From a virus: 64,000 nt of DNA. The first letter of the stretch is position 1, and every line of letters begins with the position of its first letter. The DNA lies in IMG/VR virus record IMGVR_UViG_3300020391_000005, positions 1 to 64,000 of that record. One strand, given 5' to 3'. A program made the translations under genes and the position numbers. A model generated the notes under the pieces. The model did no database searches and was not told the DNA's origin. It saw nothing but the letters and a program-made list of their open reading frames with translations. This document shows positions 48,595 to 57,343 of the stretch, piece by piece.

Positions 48595-50646
48595 ATGGCA
48601 ACTGGAAAGAAAAATAAAAACAATACAAGAAATCCTCAAAGTCTACTGTTTAGAAGACTAACAAGGCTTTTATCGGGCCCCATCACTCAATATAGAACAC
48701 AAAATAATCACAGGTTACGAAGAATAGACCTAGACAGGTACGCTAATAATTTCACTTCAGCGTCTGGAAAAGATTTTAAAAAAACTGCGTATAATCCATA
48801 TGACAATCTTACTGCAGCCTATATGCAAGGCCAAGTTAGAGTTGAAAGATATGTAGATTTTGATCAGATGGAATACACCCCTGAGATTGCATCGGCATTA
48901 GATATATACGCGGATGAAATGACAACTCATTCGTCTTTGACACCGATGTTAAAAGTAGATTGTGATAATCAGGAAATAAAAGCTATTTTAGAATCATTGT
49001 ATGAAAGTGTTTTAAATGTTCAACATAATTTATTTTCGTGGTGTAGAACAATGTGTAAATACGGAGATTTTTTTCTTTATTTAGATATTGATGATAGTTT
49101 GGGAATTACATCTGCGATTGGTCTCCCAGCAACAGAAATAGAAAGGCTAGAAGGAGAAGACAAAAAAAACCCTAATTACGTACAGTTTCAGTGGAACTCA
49201 GCAGGTCTTACGTTTGAGAACTGGCAAGTAGGTCACTTTAGGATTTTGGGTCAAGATAAATTCAATCCTTATGGTACATCTGTTCTAGATCCAGCAAGAA
49301 GAATATGGCGTCAGTTAACCCTACTTGAAGACGCGATGATGGCATATAGAATTGTAAGATCACCAGAAAGAAGAGCATTCTACATTGATGTTGGAAATAT
49401 TCCTCCGCAAGATGTGGAGCAATATATGCAAAAGGTGATGACAACTATGAAGAGAAATCAAGTAGTTGATGCTCAAACTGGCAGAGTTGACTTGAGATAT
49501 AACCCGCTATCAATTGAAGAAGATTATTTCATACCGGTGCGTGGCCAAAGCGCAACTAAAATTGAACCAGTAGCTGGGGGTAAATATACCGGAGACATTG
49601 ATGATGTTAAATATCTTAGAGATAAATTGTTCTCTGCCTTAAAGGTTCCAGCAGCATATATTTCTTCTGATTCTGACAAAGCATCGGAAGATAAAACTAC
49701 CTTAGCTCAAAAAGATATTCGCTTTGCAAGAACTATTCAAAGGCTTCAAAGATCTGTTATTACTGAACTAGAAAAAATTGGAATTATTCACCTTTACACA
49801 CTGGGATATAGAGATGAAGATTTAGTTTCATTCACTTGTCACCTGAACAATCCCTCCAAGATTGCGGAAATGCAGGAACTCGAACACTGGAAAACTAGAT
49901 TTGAAATTGTCGGTGGTGCTACTGAAGGATTCTTTTCAAAGCAGTGGCTTGCGAAAAAACTATTTGGATTGTCAGATGAAGAATTTGTTCAGTGTAGAAG
50001 ACAATTGTTTTACGACAAGAAATTTGATGCTATGTTAGAGACTGCCGGCGAAGCAGCACAAGCTGAAATGACTGCTGGGTTAGATGCTGGCCCAGATACA
50101 CTTGATACAGGCACCACTCCAGGCGGCGATCTTGGAGAGCCAGGTGGCACCGGTGCAGTAGGCGCAGAACCTGATTTGGCCGCGGCAGGAGCTGACGCTG
50201 GCGCTCCCGGAGAGCCCGGAACAGGCACTCCGCCCGCTACACCTGATACAGGAGCCGGAGGCACACCCGCTGATGGTGGTCTCTTAACAGCACCACCGGG
50301 AAACAAAAGAGATGAAATATCAAAAATAACTTATAAAGATGGAAGCACTTCAACGCCTAAATCACATGGCAAGTATAAGCCAGTAGGTAACAAAGACGGG
50401 CGCAAATCTCGAGGCCCTAGGCTAAAAAATATGAAAAGAGCAGCATCTCCAGAATTTGGTACAATGAGGAGTTTGTTTGCTGGTTCTGGTGAACTATCAC
50501 AATTAGTAAGAGGTACAAGTACTTATGCTACTGAAAATACTATTTATAAAGTAGAGGAAAAAAAGATCTTAAAAAATCAAAAAGAATTAGATTCTTTATT
50601 TGAAAGCTTGAAAGCAAGGAATAAAAAAGATGAGACTAAAACATAA
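48595..50646 (+). CDS. Portal protein (T4 gp20-like)
   Basis: PEIASALDIYADE; LLEDAMMAYRIVRSPERRAFYIDVGNIPP; EEDYFIPVRG; DVKYLRDKLFSALKVP. Confidence 0.95.
   Translation: MATGKKNKNNTRNPQSLLFRRLTRLLSGPITQYRTQNNHRLRRIDLDRYANNFTSASGKDFKKTAYNPYDNLTAAYMQGQVRVERYVDFDQMEYTPEIASALDIYADEMTTHSSLTPMLKVDCDNQEIKAILESLYESVLNVQHNLFSWCRTMCKYGDFFLYLDIDDSLGITSAIGLPATEIERLEGEDKKNPNYVQFQWNSAGLTFENWQVGHFRILGQDKFNPYGTSVLDPARRIWRQLTLLEDAMMAYRIVRSPERRAFYIDVGNIPPQDVEQYMQKVMTTMKRNQVVDAQTGRVDLRYNPLSIEEDYFIPVRGQSATKIEPVAGGKYTGDIDDVKYLRDKLFSALKVPAAYISSDSDKASEDKTTLAQKDIRFARTIQRLQRSVITELEKIGIIHLYTLGYRDEDLVSFTCHLNNPSKIAEMQELEHWKTRFEIVGGATEGFFSKQWLAKKLFGLSDEEFVQCRRQLFYDKKFDAMLETAGEAAQAEMTAGLDAGPDTLDTGTTPGGDLGEPGGTGAVGAEPDLAAAGADAGAPGEPGTGTPPATPDTGAGGTPADGGLLTAPPGNKRDEISKITYKDGSTSTPKSHGKYKPVGNKDGRKSRGPRLKNMKRAASPEFGTMRSLFAGSGELSQLVRGTSTYATENTIYKVEEKKILKNQKELDSLFESLKARNKKDETKT
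50539..50548 (+). promoter_or_regulatory. Putative late promoter motif (ACTATTTATA)
   Basis: In the portal 3' end, about 80 nt upstream of ATG 50630. Confidence 0.45.
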
Positions 50647-51451
50647 TAAGAAAAGAAACACTGCATTTGTTTATGAGGCATTAGTTAGGGAACTAACTGA
50701 GTCAGTTGTCAAGAATAATAAAAACAAGCAAAACAAAATAGTTTCAATCTTAAAAGATCACTTTAAAAAAGGATCTATGTTGAATGAGGAATTAAATCTT
50801 TACAAATCAATATATGAAACAAGAGAAATAGAAAAAAATATAGCAGAAAAAATAGTTGTAGAAGTAAAACAAAAGCACGATAGCATTAGCAAAAAACATT
50901 TATTTCAAGAGCAATCTGCTCTTATAAATAAGATAAATAGAATACTTTCTAATAAGGTCTATAATAATTTTGTTCCAAATTACAAAACAATAGCATCTGT
51001 TTATTCTATTTTTCAAGATGCCCTTCCTGTTAAGGATAGAGTCTTATTAGAAGAAAATATAGTAGAACAAATGTCTTCATCTGTTGAGCAGAAGCAAGAA
51101 ATTCAACAGCCAATAGATTCTATTGTCTACGGTACATTTGTAAATAAATTTAATGAAGAATATTCAGAAATTCTTAGTGAAAATCAAAAGCAACTTTTAT
51201 GTCATTATATATCGTCTTTTGCAGATGAAGGTCTAGAGATGAAGCTTTATCTAAACGAAGAAATAGGAAGATTAAAAAATAAACTTACTGAATCTATAAA
51301 AGGACAGTCATTGGGAGATGTTATGAAAGAAAAAGTAACAAAAGTATATAGTATTCTCGATAATACTAAAACTTCTGAAATCTCTACTGATACGATAGAA
51401 ATCGTGTTAAAAACACAAGATTTAGTGGAAGAACTAGATAATGACGATTAA
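50630..51451 (+). CDS. Hypothetical head-morphogenesis protein
   Basis: 273-aa helical ORF between portal and protease; many L-x-E motifs. Confidence 0.75.
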   Translation: MRLKHNKKRNTAFVYEALVRELTESVVKNNKNKQNKIVSILKDHFKKGSMLNEELNLYKSIYETREIEKNIAEKIVVEVKQKHDSISKKHLFQEQSALINKINRILSNKVYNNFVPNYKTIASVYSIFQDALPVKDRVLLEENIVEQMSSSVEQKQEIQQPIDSIVYGTFVNKFNEEYSEILSENQKQLLCHYISSFADEGLEMKLYLNEEIGRLKNKLTESIKGQSLGDVMKEKVTKVYSILDNTKTSEISTDTIEIVLKTQDLVEELDNDD

Positions 51452-51983
51452 GGCAAGTATAAAATTAGATCCTAGAATTAAACTAAAGGCTAGAAGAAGT
51501 TTAAGTGGTGACATAATGATATTAGATCATGAAGATATAGATATAGTCTTGATGAACGAAAAGAAGAAATGTGTCGCCTTTCAAAAAGAATCTTCAATCG
51601 AAAAAACATATGATGCTCAAAATCGCATGTTTGAGTTTTTGGCAAAAAAAGGGCTGATAAATAGGGAAACTGTTCAGGGTGGTAACGTATTTGGCTCAAT
51701 AGAAGCAAATTTTCAAGAGTCAAAAATTCCCGGCGTTGATACTATTCAAGCTTTACTGTTTGGCATAAACGAATATATAACAGGTGAAAAGCCATTCTTT
51801 AAACAATCAATACAATATGATGATGAAAGATTGGATGCCATGCTTCGCCCGTCACCAGAAGACTCCACTGAACTGGGTGATGTACCACAATCTGATAGAA
51901 AAGGTAGCATGCATAAACAAGTTGGTCCATATGGGTTTGAATACAACTACTCTCTCTTGCGAGAGGATGAAAGTGAGGATTAA
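51441..51983 (+). CDS. Hypothetical protein
   Basis: 180-aa ORF overlapping both neighbours. Confidence 0.75.
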   Translation: MTIKASIKLDPRIKLKARRSLSGDIMILDHEDIDIVLMNEKKKCVAFQKESSIEKTYDAQNRMFEFLAKKGLINRETVQGGNVFGSIEANFQESKIPGVDTIQALLFGINEYITGEKPFFKQSIQYDDERLDAMLRPSPEDSTELGDVPQSDRKGSMHKQVGPYGFEYNYSLLREDESED

Positions 51984-52306
51984 TGACATTTATCTGGTTT
52001 TGTCTTATTTCATATGGCCTAACACAAATAATCGTATACGGAAAAATATTCGACCCAATTCGTCCAACAAAAGGAAAGTTAGGGCAATTGCTTGAGTGTC
52101 CAATGTGTACTGGCTTTTGGGTGGGTGTATTTTTATGGTTCGTAAACGATTACACACAACTATTTACTTTTGATAAATCTATGATCACAGGTATGCTACT
52201 TGGTTTTGCAGGTTCTGCCGCAGCCTATATTGGTAATATGATATTTGGCGACTATGGATTTAGAATAGAACAGAAAATTGTAAGTGATAGGAGTAAAAAT
52301 GAATAA
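51983..52306 (+). CDS. Membrane protein with CxxC (DUF1360-like)
   Basis: Three hydrophobic segments; LLECPMCTGFWVG. Confidence 0.7.
   Translation: MTFIWFCLISYGLTQIIVYGKIFDPIRPTKGKLGQLLECPMCTGFWVGVFLWFVNDYTQLFTFDKSMITGMLLGFAGSAAAYIGNMIFGDYGFRIEQKIVSDRSKNE
52159..52167 (+). promoter_or_regulatory. Putative late promoter motif (ACTATTTAC)
   Basis: Internal copy, upstream of the 52299 peptide and the protease. Confidence 0.35.
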
Positions 52307-52364
52307 GTTAGTGAGCAAAAAAAGAATATTGAGACCTGTTCGTCGCTGCAAAGCTGGCTGCTGA
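52299..52364 (+). CDS. 21-aa Cys/Arg-rich peptide (not in ORF track)
   Basis: AGGAG at 52289-93; MNKLVSKKRILRPVRRCKAGC-TGA; in frame with the protease. Confidence 0.55.
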   Translation: MNKLVSKKRILRPVRRCKAGC

Positions 52365-52397
52365 CTGATGCGGGTGATCCCCGCAATGAGGAAAGTT

Positions 52398-53006
52398 ATG
52401 AAACTTATAAGAGAATATTATGAATTATGCGATGGAGGCATATGCCAAGACCTTTTAACAGAGGCTGAAAAAAGAGAGGTATCAGAAGGAGCTATTTATC
52501 TTTCTGGCGTTGTACAAAAATGTAACACTGAAAATGCTAATGGTAGAATATACGAGAAAAAAACTTTGTTTAGAGAGGTTGAAAAATATAAAAAGCTTGT
52601 ATCAGAAAGGAGAGCATTGGGGGAGCTAGATCATCCAGATAATTCTGTTATATCTTTAGATCGTGTCTCCCATATGGTAACAGCGATCTGGTGTGAGGGC
52701 GATGAAGTCCGTGCAAAAATAAAAGTTTTGCAAGAGCTTCCGTGCGGTAAAATTTTAGCAGGTCTTATAAACGAGGGTGTTAAATGCGGAATATCATCTA
52801 GAGGTACAGGATCTGTGAGAGAGCAAAACGGAATCACAATGGTCGAAGATGACTTCCAACTTATTTGTTTTGATATGGTCTCAGACCCTTCTACTCCTGG
52901 CGCTTTTATGTTAAAAGAGGCAAAACAAATAGCGCAAAACGCAACTAAAATAAATTCAGCCACAAATATGGTCGATAATATTATCAATAAGTTTGGAGTG
53001 AAATGA
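52398..53006 (+). CDS. Prohead core protease (T4 gp21-like)
   Basis: NANGRIY, ALGELDHP, GISSRGTGS, FDMVSDPSTPGA; likely start ATG 52398 (GAGG RBS), while the track start is 52368. Confidence 0.93.
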   Translation: MKLIREYYELCDGGICQDLLTEAEKREVSEGAIYLSGVVQKCNTENANGRIYEKKTLFREVEKYKKLVSERRALGELDHPDNSVISLDRVSHMVTAIWCEGDEVRAKIKVLQELPCGKILAGLINEGVKCGISSRGTGSVREQNGITMVEDDFQLICFDMVSDPSTPGAFMLKEAKQIAQNATKINSATNMVDNIINKFGVK

Positions 53007-53416
53007 AAAAGTCAGAATTAAAAAGTATCGTAAAAGAATGTATAAAAGAAATTTTATTTGACGAGGGAGTGTTATCAAATCTGGTAGCTGAAGTTGCGGT
53101 TGGTATAACTAGGGCCCAAGGTATGGTTTTAGAAAACCAACACACTGAGCAAGCCATAGCTAATAAAGAATCTGATCTTGTCAGAGAACATCAAAGAAAA
53201 CAAAAATTAATGGAAACAAAGAAGAAAATGTTAGATGCAATATCCGATTCTAAAATGCAGAATGTTTTTGAAGGAACAACGCCGTTAAGAGAGGCAGGTA
53301 CACCTAATCAGGCATCACCTCATTCACCATTAGCGAACAGAGATCCTTCGGATTCAGGTGTAGATATATCTGGTCTTTTTAATATGGCCGGACACAAATG
53401 GAATACTCTAAAGTGA
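53003..53416 (+). CDS. Hypothetical prohead-associated protein
   Basis: MKKSELKSIVKECIKEILFDE N-terminus shared with 41273; ATGA-coupled to the protease. Confidence 0.75.
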   Translation: MKKSELKSIVKECIKEILFDEGVLSNLVAEVAVGITRAQGMVLENQHTEQAIANKESDLVREHQRKQKLMETKKKMLDAISDSKMQNVFEGTTPLREAGTPNQASPHSPLANRDPSDSGVDISGLFNMAGHKWNTLK

Positions 53417-53426
53417 AGGAGATACA

Positions 53427-53663
53427 ATGAGTAGAGGTAAACCATGTCACGTTGAAATAGTGATACATGATCAGAATCAAGTAGAGAGGATGATCAAAAA
53501 ATTTACAAGAAAATGTAAAAAGCAAGGTCTTTTTGATGAATTAAAAAACAGGAGATATTTTAAAAAGAAATCTCTTAAAATGAAAGAAAAAAGGGAAAAT
53601 AAAAAGAGGTTGTCCCAAAAATCAACCCAAAAATATAAAGATAAGTTTAATAAATTAGATTAG
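53427..53663 (+). CDS. rpsU: Phage-encoded ribosomal protein bS21
   Basis: VERMIKKFTRKCKKQGLFDELKNRRYFKKKS fits the bS21 pattern (ExALRRFKRxxxKxGxLxExRxRxxYxKPS); AAGGAG RBS. Confidence 0.82.
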   Translation: MSRGKPCHVEIVIHDQNQVERMIKKFTRKCKKQGLFDELKNRRYFKKKSLKMKEKRENKKRLSQKSTQKYKDKFNKLD

Positions 53664-53675
53664 GAGAATAAAAAA

Positions 53676-54116
53676 ATGGCAGGATTTAATAACACGCCCC
53701 CACCATCAGAGTTTCACAGATACAGTAGCTGGGGCCGAACGCGCAGACCAAAGAACATTGCTGGGCCAGACGGGACAAAAGTGGTCTCTGTAGCTAATCT
53801 CACAGCATGTAAAAACATTACAGATTTGATTGCTGATATTAATAAAGCAAAACCGTCAAGTGGAGTGTACAGCACGCAAAATCAGCGATTTTTGCATGTA
53901 ACAACCACCAACGGTGGCCAAGTAGATGAAATTTACGTTTATCATTATGCTTCAGCGGTTTGGTCACAACTAGTTTATTCCGGACACGATCAAAATAATG
54001 CCAGCATTACTGTTCCTGGTAATACTTGTAAGGTAATTGAAATCGCTGGTGCTGATTTGGTTGCGTTCAAACTATCAGACAGTACTGATGTATACGCTGC
54101 TTGTTCCACCTTCTAA
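53676..54116 (+). CDS. Hypothetical protein (beta-rich, possible head component)
   Basis: 146 aa; AGGAG RBS. Confidence 0.75.
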   Translation: MAGFNNTPPPSEFHRYSSWGRTRRPKNIAGPDGTKVVSVANLTACKNITDLIADINKAKPSSGVYSTQNQRFLHVTTTNGGQVDEIYVYHYASAVWSQLVYSGHDQNNASITVPGNTCKVIEIAGADLVAFKLSDSTDVYAACSTF

Positions 54117-54149
54117 AGCCTCAAAAATTTTTCCTTCCCTTTACAGGCT

Positions 54150-54164
54150 CTTAGCACTATTTAC
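54150..54164 (+). promoter_or_regulatory. Putative late promoter (CTTAGCACTATTTAC) for scaffold and capsid genes
   Basis: Intergenic ACTANTTA copy. Confidence 0.6.
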
Positions 54165-54219
54165 TTAGAGGCAAACCCTTTTGTCTGTATACGTACATTT
54201 TGTTAGGAGTTAAAAAACA

Positions 54220-55410
54220 ATGTCAGATTTACTCGAAAAAGCCATTATTGATGCAAAGGCTTTGAAAGAAGCAGCACTCAAAAATGCAGAGCAGCTTGTT
54301 ATCGAAAAGTATTCTCAAGAAATAAAACAAGCTATGACTAGAATCCTCGAAGAAGAAGATGAAAATTTAACAGAAGCCCCAGAAGATGACCCAATGGCTG
54401 ACCTGTTTGGTGATGATGCACAAACACCGACACCAGGCCCCGAAGATCCAAACGCAGAAAATCCAGCTACAGACAATAAAATAGATTCCGAAGATATAAG
54501 AGCAGAAATTCCAGACTCATTCAGAACAGATGAAGAAGAACTTATAAGTATACAACTTGATTCTTTAGAAGATGATTTTGATTTTGATGACACCGGCGCT
54601 TTCGCAAGCGGAGATGAACTAGGCGATGACGATATTGGAATAGATTTAACTGATGATGAAGTAAGTTCAGATGTAGAAGCAACGCCAGACATAGATACAA
54701 CCCCAGACACTGAAGCAGGTTTAGGAATAGACGTTGCAGGAATTGAGCCAGCAGCTTTGGAAGAAATGATAAAAGATGCAATTGAGGGTGCTATTGGAGA
54801 ACAATTAGAACAAGAAGAAATAGAATCAGACGAACTTGCTGAAAGAGTTAGAGTAGAAGGCATGCCACAAAAATCCGGCTGGGCTGGTACTCCAGAATCT
54901 ATTATGCAAGAATATGAAGCGTTACTATTAGCCACAGAGCAGGACACCGAAGTTAAGGAACAGAATGCCGAACTTCGAAAAATAGTATCAAATTTACAAA
55001 AAGAAAATAAAAAGTTAACATCCGCTGCTAGAAAATTAGTAGAACGGAACAAGAAATATGAATCAGCATTTGATACTTTGCAAGAAAAGTTAGAAACCAT
55101 GAATGTTTCCAACGCAAAGTTGCTGTACATAAACCAGGCTCTAGAAAATGCCTCCTTGAATGAGCGACAAAAGAGAAAAATTGTCGAAGCCATTTCAAAA
55201 GCCGAAACTGTACAAGAAGCAAAGATAGTTTTTAATACGATTACTGAAACTGTCTCCACTACTTTGGACGCAAAGAAGGAGATGACGTTAAATGAAATGG
55301 TATCTAGAAAATCTTCACTACTTGTCGCGGCTCGTAAAGAGCAACCCACAAAGGATGCCAATCCTATGTATACAAGATTACAGAAATTGGCAGGAATAAA
55401 GACAACATAA
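54220..55410 (+). CDS. Prohead core scaffolding protein (gp22-like)
   Basis: Very acidic centre, C-terminal coiled coil and terminal RLQKLAGI; immediately before the capsid gene. Confidence 0.8.
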   Translation: MSDLLEKAIIDAKALKEAALKNAEQLVIEKYSQEIKQAMTRILEEEDENLTEAPEDDPMADLFGDDAQTPTPGPEDPNAENPATDNKIDSEDIRAEIPDSFRTDEEELISIQLDSLEDDFDFDDTGAFASGDELGDDDIGIDLTDDEVSSDVEATPDIDTTPDTEAGLGIDVAGIEPAALEEMIKDAIEGAIGEQLEQEEIESDELAERVRVEGMPQKSGWAGTPESIMQEYEALLLATEQDTEVKEQNAELRKIVSNLQKENKKLTSAARKLVERNKKYESAFDTLQEKLETMNVSNAKLLYINQALENASLNERQKRKIVEAISKAETVQEAKIVFNTITETVSTTLDAKKEMTLNEMVSRKSSLLVAARKEQPTKDANPMYTRLQKLAGIKTT

Positions 55411-55444
55411 TTCTAAAATTTATAGAAAAGGAGGTGAATTTATA

Positions 55445-57253
55445 ATGTCTATTTTACAAAAATTAACAGAAGGCGTTCAGAACCGTAATATGGAAGCTGA
55501 AGGAAACGCTCTTCTTCAAAAGTGGGAAGCAACTGGATTGCTTGAAGGTCTTAATGAAGGCCACAACAAGCAGGGAATGGCAGTTCTTCTCGAAAACCAG
55601 GCAAAAGAACTTCTTCGCGAAGCATCCGCAATGGGTAGCGGCGATGTTGAAGGTTTTGCGTCTGTAGCATTCCCAATCGTTCGCCGTGTTTTCGGCGGCT
55701 TGATTGCAAATGATCTTGTATCGGTACAGCCAATGAGCTTACCATCAGGACTTATTTTCTTTCTTGACTTTCTTAAGAGCCCAGACGTCCGTCCTAACCA
55801 GCCTGGTTCCGACCAGTCTGTATATGGCGGAAACGTCATCGGTAGCCAAATAACCGGTGGTGTCGATCTCGGTAGCGAGACAAAAGTTGAACCAGGTCAG
55901 TTCTATGATCTTGATACTGGCTTTTCTCACGCCACAGGTTCAGCTGTTGCTGCAAAAGACGCCAACAGCTACTCTGGAGGTCTTCAAGTAGATACAGTTC
56001 AAGTACAAAACAAGCTTGTTTCTGAACTTACAGAAGCAGAAAAGAAGCTAATTCGTTTTGATGCGGACTTGCTTGAAAACAATTCTGCAGATAAGATTGT
56101 AATCCTTGACTGTGATATTACAAAGCTTGATAACTTTAACAGAGATGCCGCAACTGCAGTTCATGCAGGTTCTGGTACGTCTATTAAGTTTGTTGATGAC
56201 TCGGTTGGCGATAACGTTATCACCGACGCCGGCGCAAATGTACGTCAAGTTCGAAGGCTTACTCAAGTTGTTGATAATGCAACGTTACGTATTGTACTCG
56301 TTGATCTCAGCGGTGCAGACATTGGACCAAGCGCCGGACAAACATGGGCCGCAGACGATGCCGTTGGTATCTTGGCATATCCATTTACCGATGATCGTGA
56401 AGCTGTAACGAACGGTCTTGGTGCAATCAACCTTGATACTACCGCAACAGGCTTTGGCATACCGCTTGAAAAGGCGCAAGACATGGCTGAAATCGATATT
56501 AAGGTCGATTCAATCGCCGTGACCGCACAGACCAAGAAGTTGAAGGCTAAGTGGACTCCTGAGTTGGGACAAGACCTTAATGCTTATCACAATTTGGATG
56601 CTGAGGTTGAGCTTACAGGTATTCTTTCAGAGCAAATCGCTCTAGAAATTGATCGTGAGCTTCTTGGTGATCTTGTTCAGGGTGCAAAGGCTGGTACACG
56701 TTACTGGAGCCGCGCCCCGGGTCTTTTCGTTGACTCACAAGGTAGAGAACTTGGTGCTTCTTCGGCAGCTCCTGACTTCACCGGTACAGTTAGCGAGTGG
56801 TATGAGACTCTCATTGAAACAATCAATGACGTAAGCGCTCAGATCCACAGAAAGACACTTCGTGGCGGTGCAAACTTTGTTGTTTGCTCTCCAGAGATTG
56901 CTAACATCCTTGAGTTCACAAGTGGTTTCCGCGCAAGCGTTACTGCTGATCAGGACCGAGGCACCATCGGCGCTATCCGCGCTGGTAGCTTGAGTAAGAA
57001 GTTTGACGTTTACGTTGATCCTTACTTCTTGCGTAACGTTATCCTCGTAGGTCGTAAGGGTAGCTCGTTCCTTGAGAGCGGCTTTGTATATGCTCCTTAT
57101 GTACCATTGCAGGTAACACCTACCATTTTCGGTACGGAAGACTTCGTACCACGTAAGGGCGTTATGACCCGTTACGCTAAGAAGATGGTACGACCTGATA
57201 TGTACGGTCTTGTTATTTGTCGTGGTCTCCTCGGTGAGGAAGGCTCTAAGTAA
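55445..57253 (+). CDS. Major capsid protein (T4 gp23-like)
   Basis: AVLLENQ; FPIVRRVF..LIANDLVSVQPMSLPSGLIFFL; VTAQTKKLKAKWTPELGQDL.AYH.LDAE.EL; YAPYVPL; KGVMTRYA; AGGAGGT RBS. Confidence 0.97.
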   Translation: MSILQKLTEGVQNRNMEAEGNALLQKWEATGLLEGLNEGHNKQGMAVLLENQAKELLREASAMGSGDVEGFASVAFPIVRRVFGGLIANDLVSVQPMSLPSGLIFFLDFLKSPDVRPNQPGSDQSVYGGNVIGSQITGGVDLGSETKVEPGQFYDLDTGFSHATGSAVAAKDANSYSGGLQVDTVQVQNKLVSELTEAEKKLIRFDADLLENNSADKIVILDCDITKLDNFNRDAATAVHAGSGTSIKFVDDSVGDNVITDAGANVRQVRRLTQVVDNATLRIVLVDLSGADIGPSAGQTWAADDAVGILAYPFTDDREAVTNGLGAINLDTTATGFGIPLEKAQDMAEIDIKVDSIAVTAQTKKLKAKWTPELGQDLNAYHNLDAEVELTGILSEQIALEIDRELLGDLVQGAKAGTRYWSRAPGLFVDSQGRELGASSAAPDFTGTVSEWYETLIETINDVSAQIHRKTLRGGANFVVCSPEIANILEFTSGFRASVTADQDRGTIGAIRAGSLSKKFDVYVDPYFLRNVILVGRKGSSFLESGFVYAPYVPLQVTPTIFGTEDFVPRKGVMTRYAKKMVRPDMYGLVICRGLLGEEGSK

Positions 57254-57279
57254 TAAAACTTAGCAACAGCCAAAAGATT

Positions 57280-57316
57280 AAGCCTCATCATTAATTTGGT
57301 GGGGCTTTTCTTTTTT
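57280..57316 (+). terminator. Rho-independent terminator after the capsid gene
   Basis: AAGCCTCATCA-ttaatt-TGGTGGGGCTT stem (two G.U pairs) followed by TTCTTTTTT. Confidence 0.85.
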
Positions 57317-57323
57317 CTGAAAG

Positions 57324-57333
57324 CTATTTATTA
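57324..57333 (+). promoter_or_regulatory. Putative late promoter motif (CTATTTATTA)
   Basis: Directly after the terminator and about 10 nt before the structured RNA. Confidence 0.6.
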
Positions 57334-57343
57334 TAACTTGGAA

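Noticed and set aside
52361-52396. Hammerhead-like CTGATG...stem...GAAA
   Set aside because: The core requires CUGANGA with GAAA directly after stem II; here it is CTGATGC, GAAA is displaced, and I find no stems I and III
54315-55361. 348-aa minus-strand ORF
   Set aside because: Antisense shadow of the acidic scaffold gene (GAA/GAT codons give Ser/Phe/Ile on the reverse strand); no independent motifs
40345-57253. Inteins or introns in primase, terminase, portal or capsid genes
   Set aside because: Motifs are contiguous, and I saw no intein-type splice motifs or homing endonuclease ORFs
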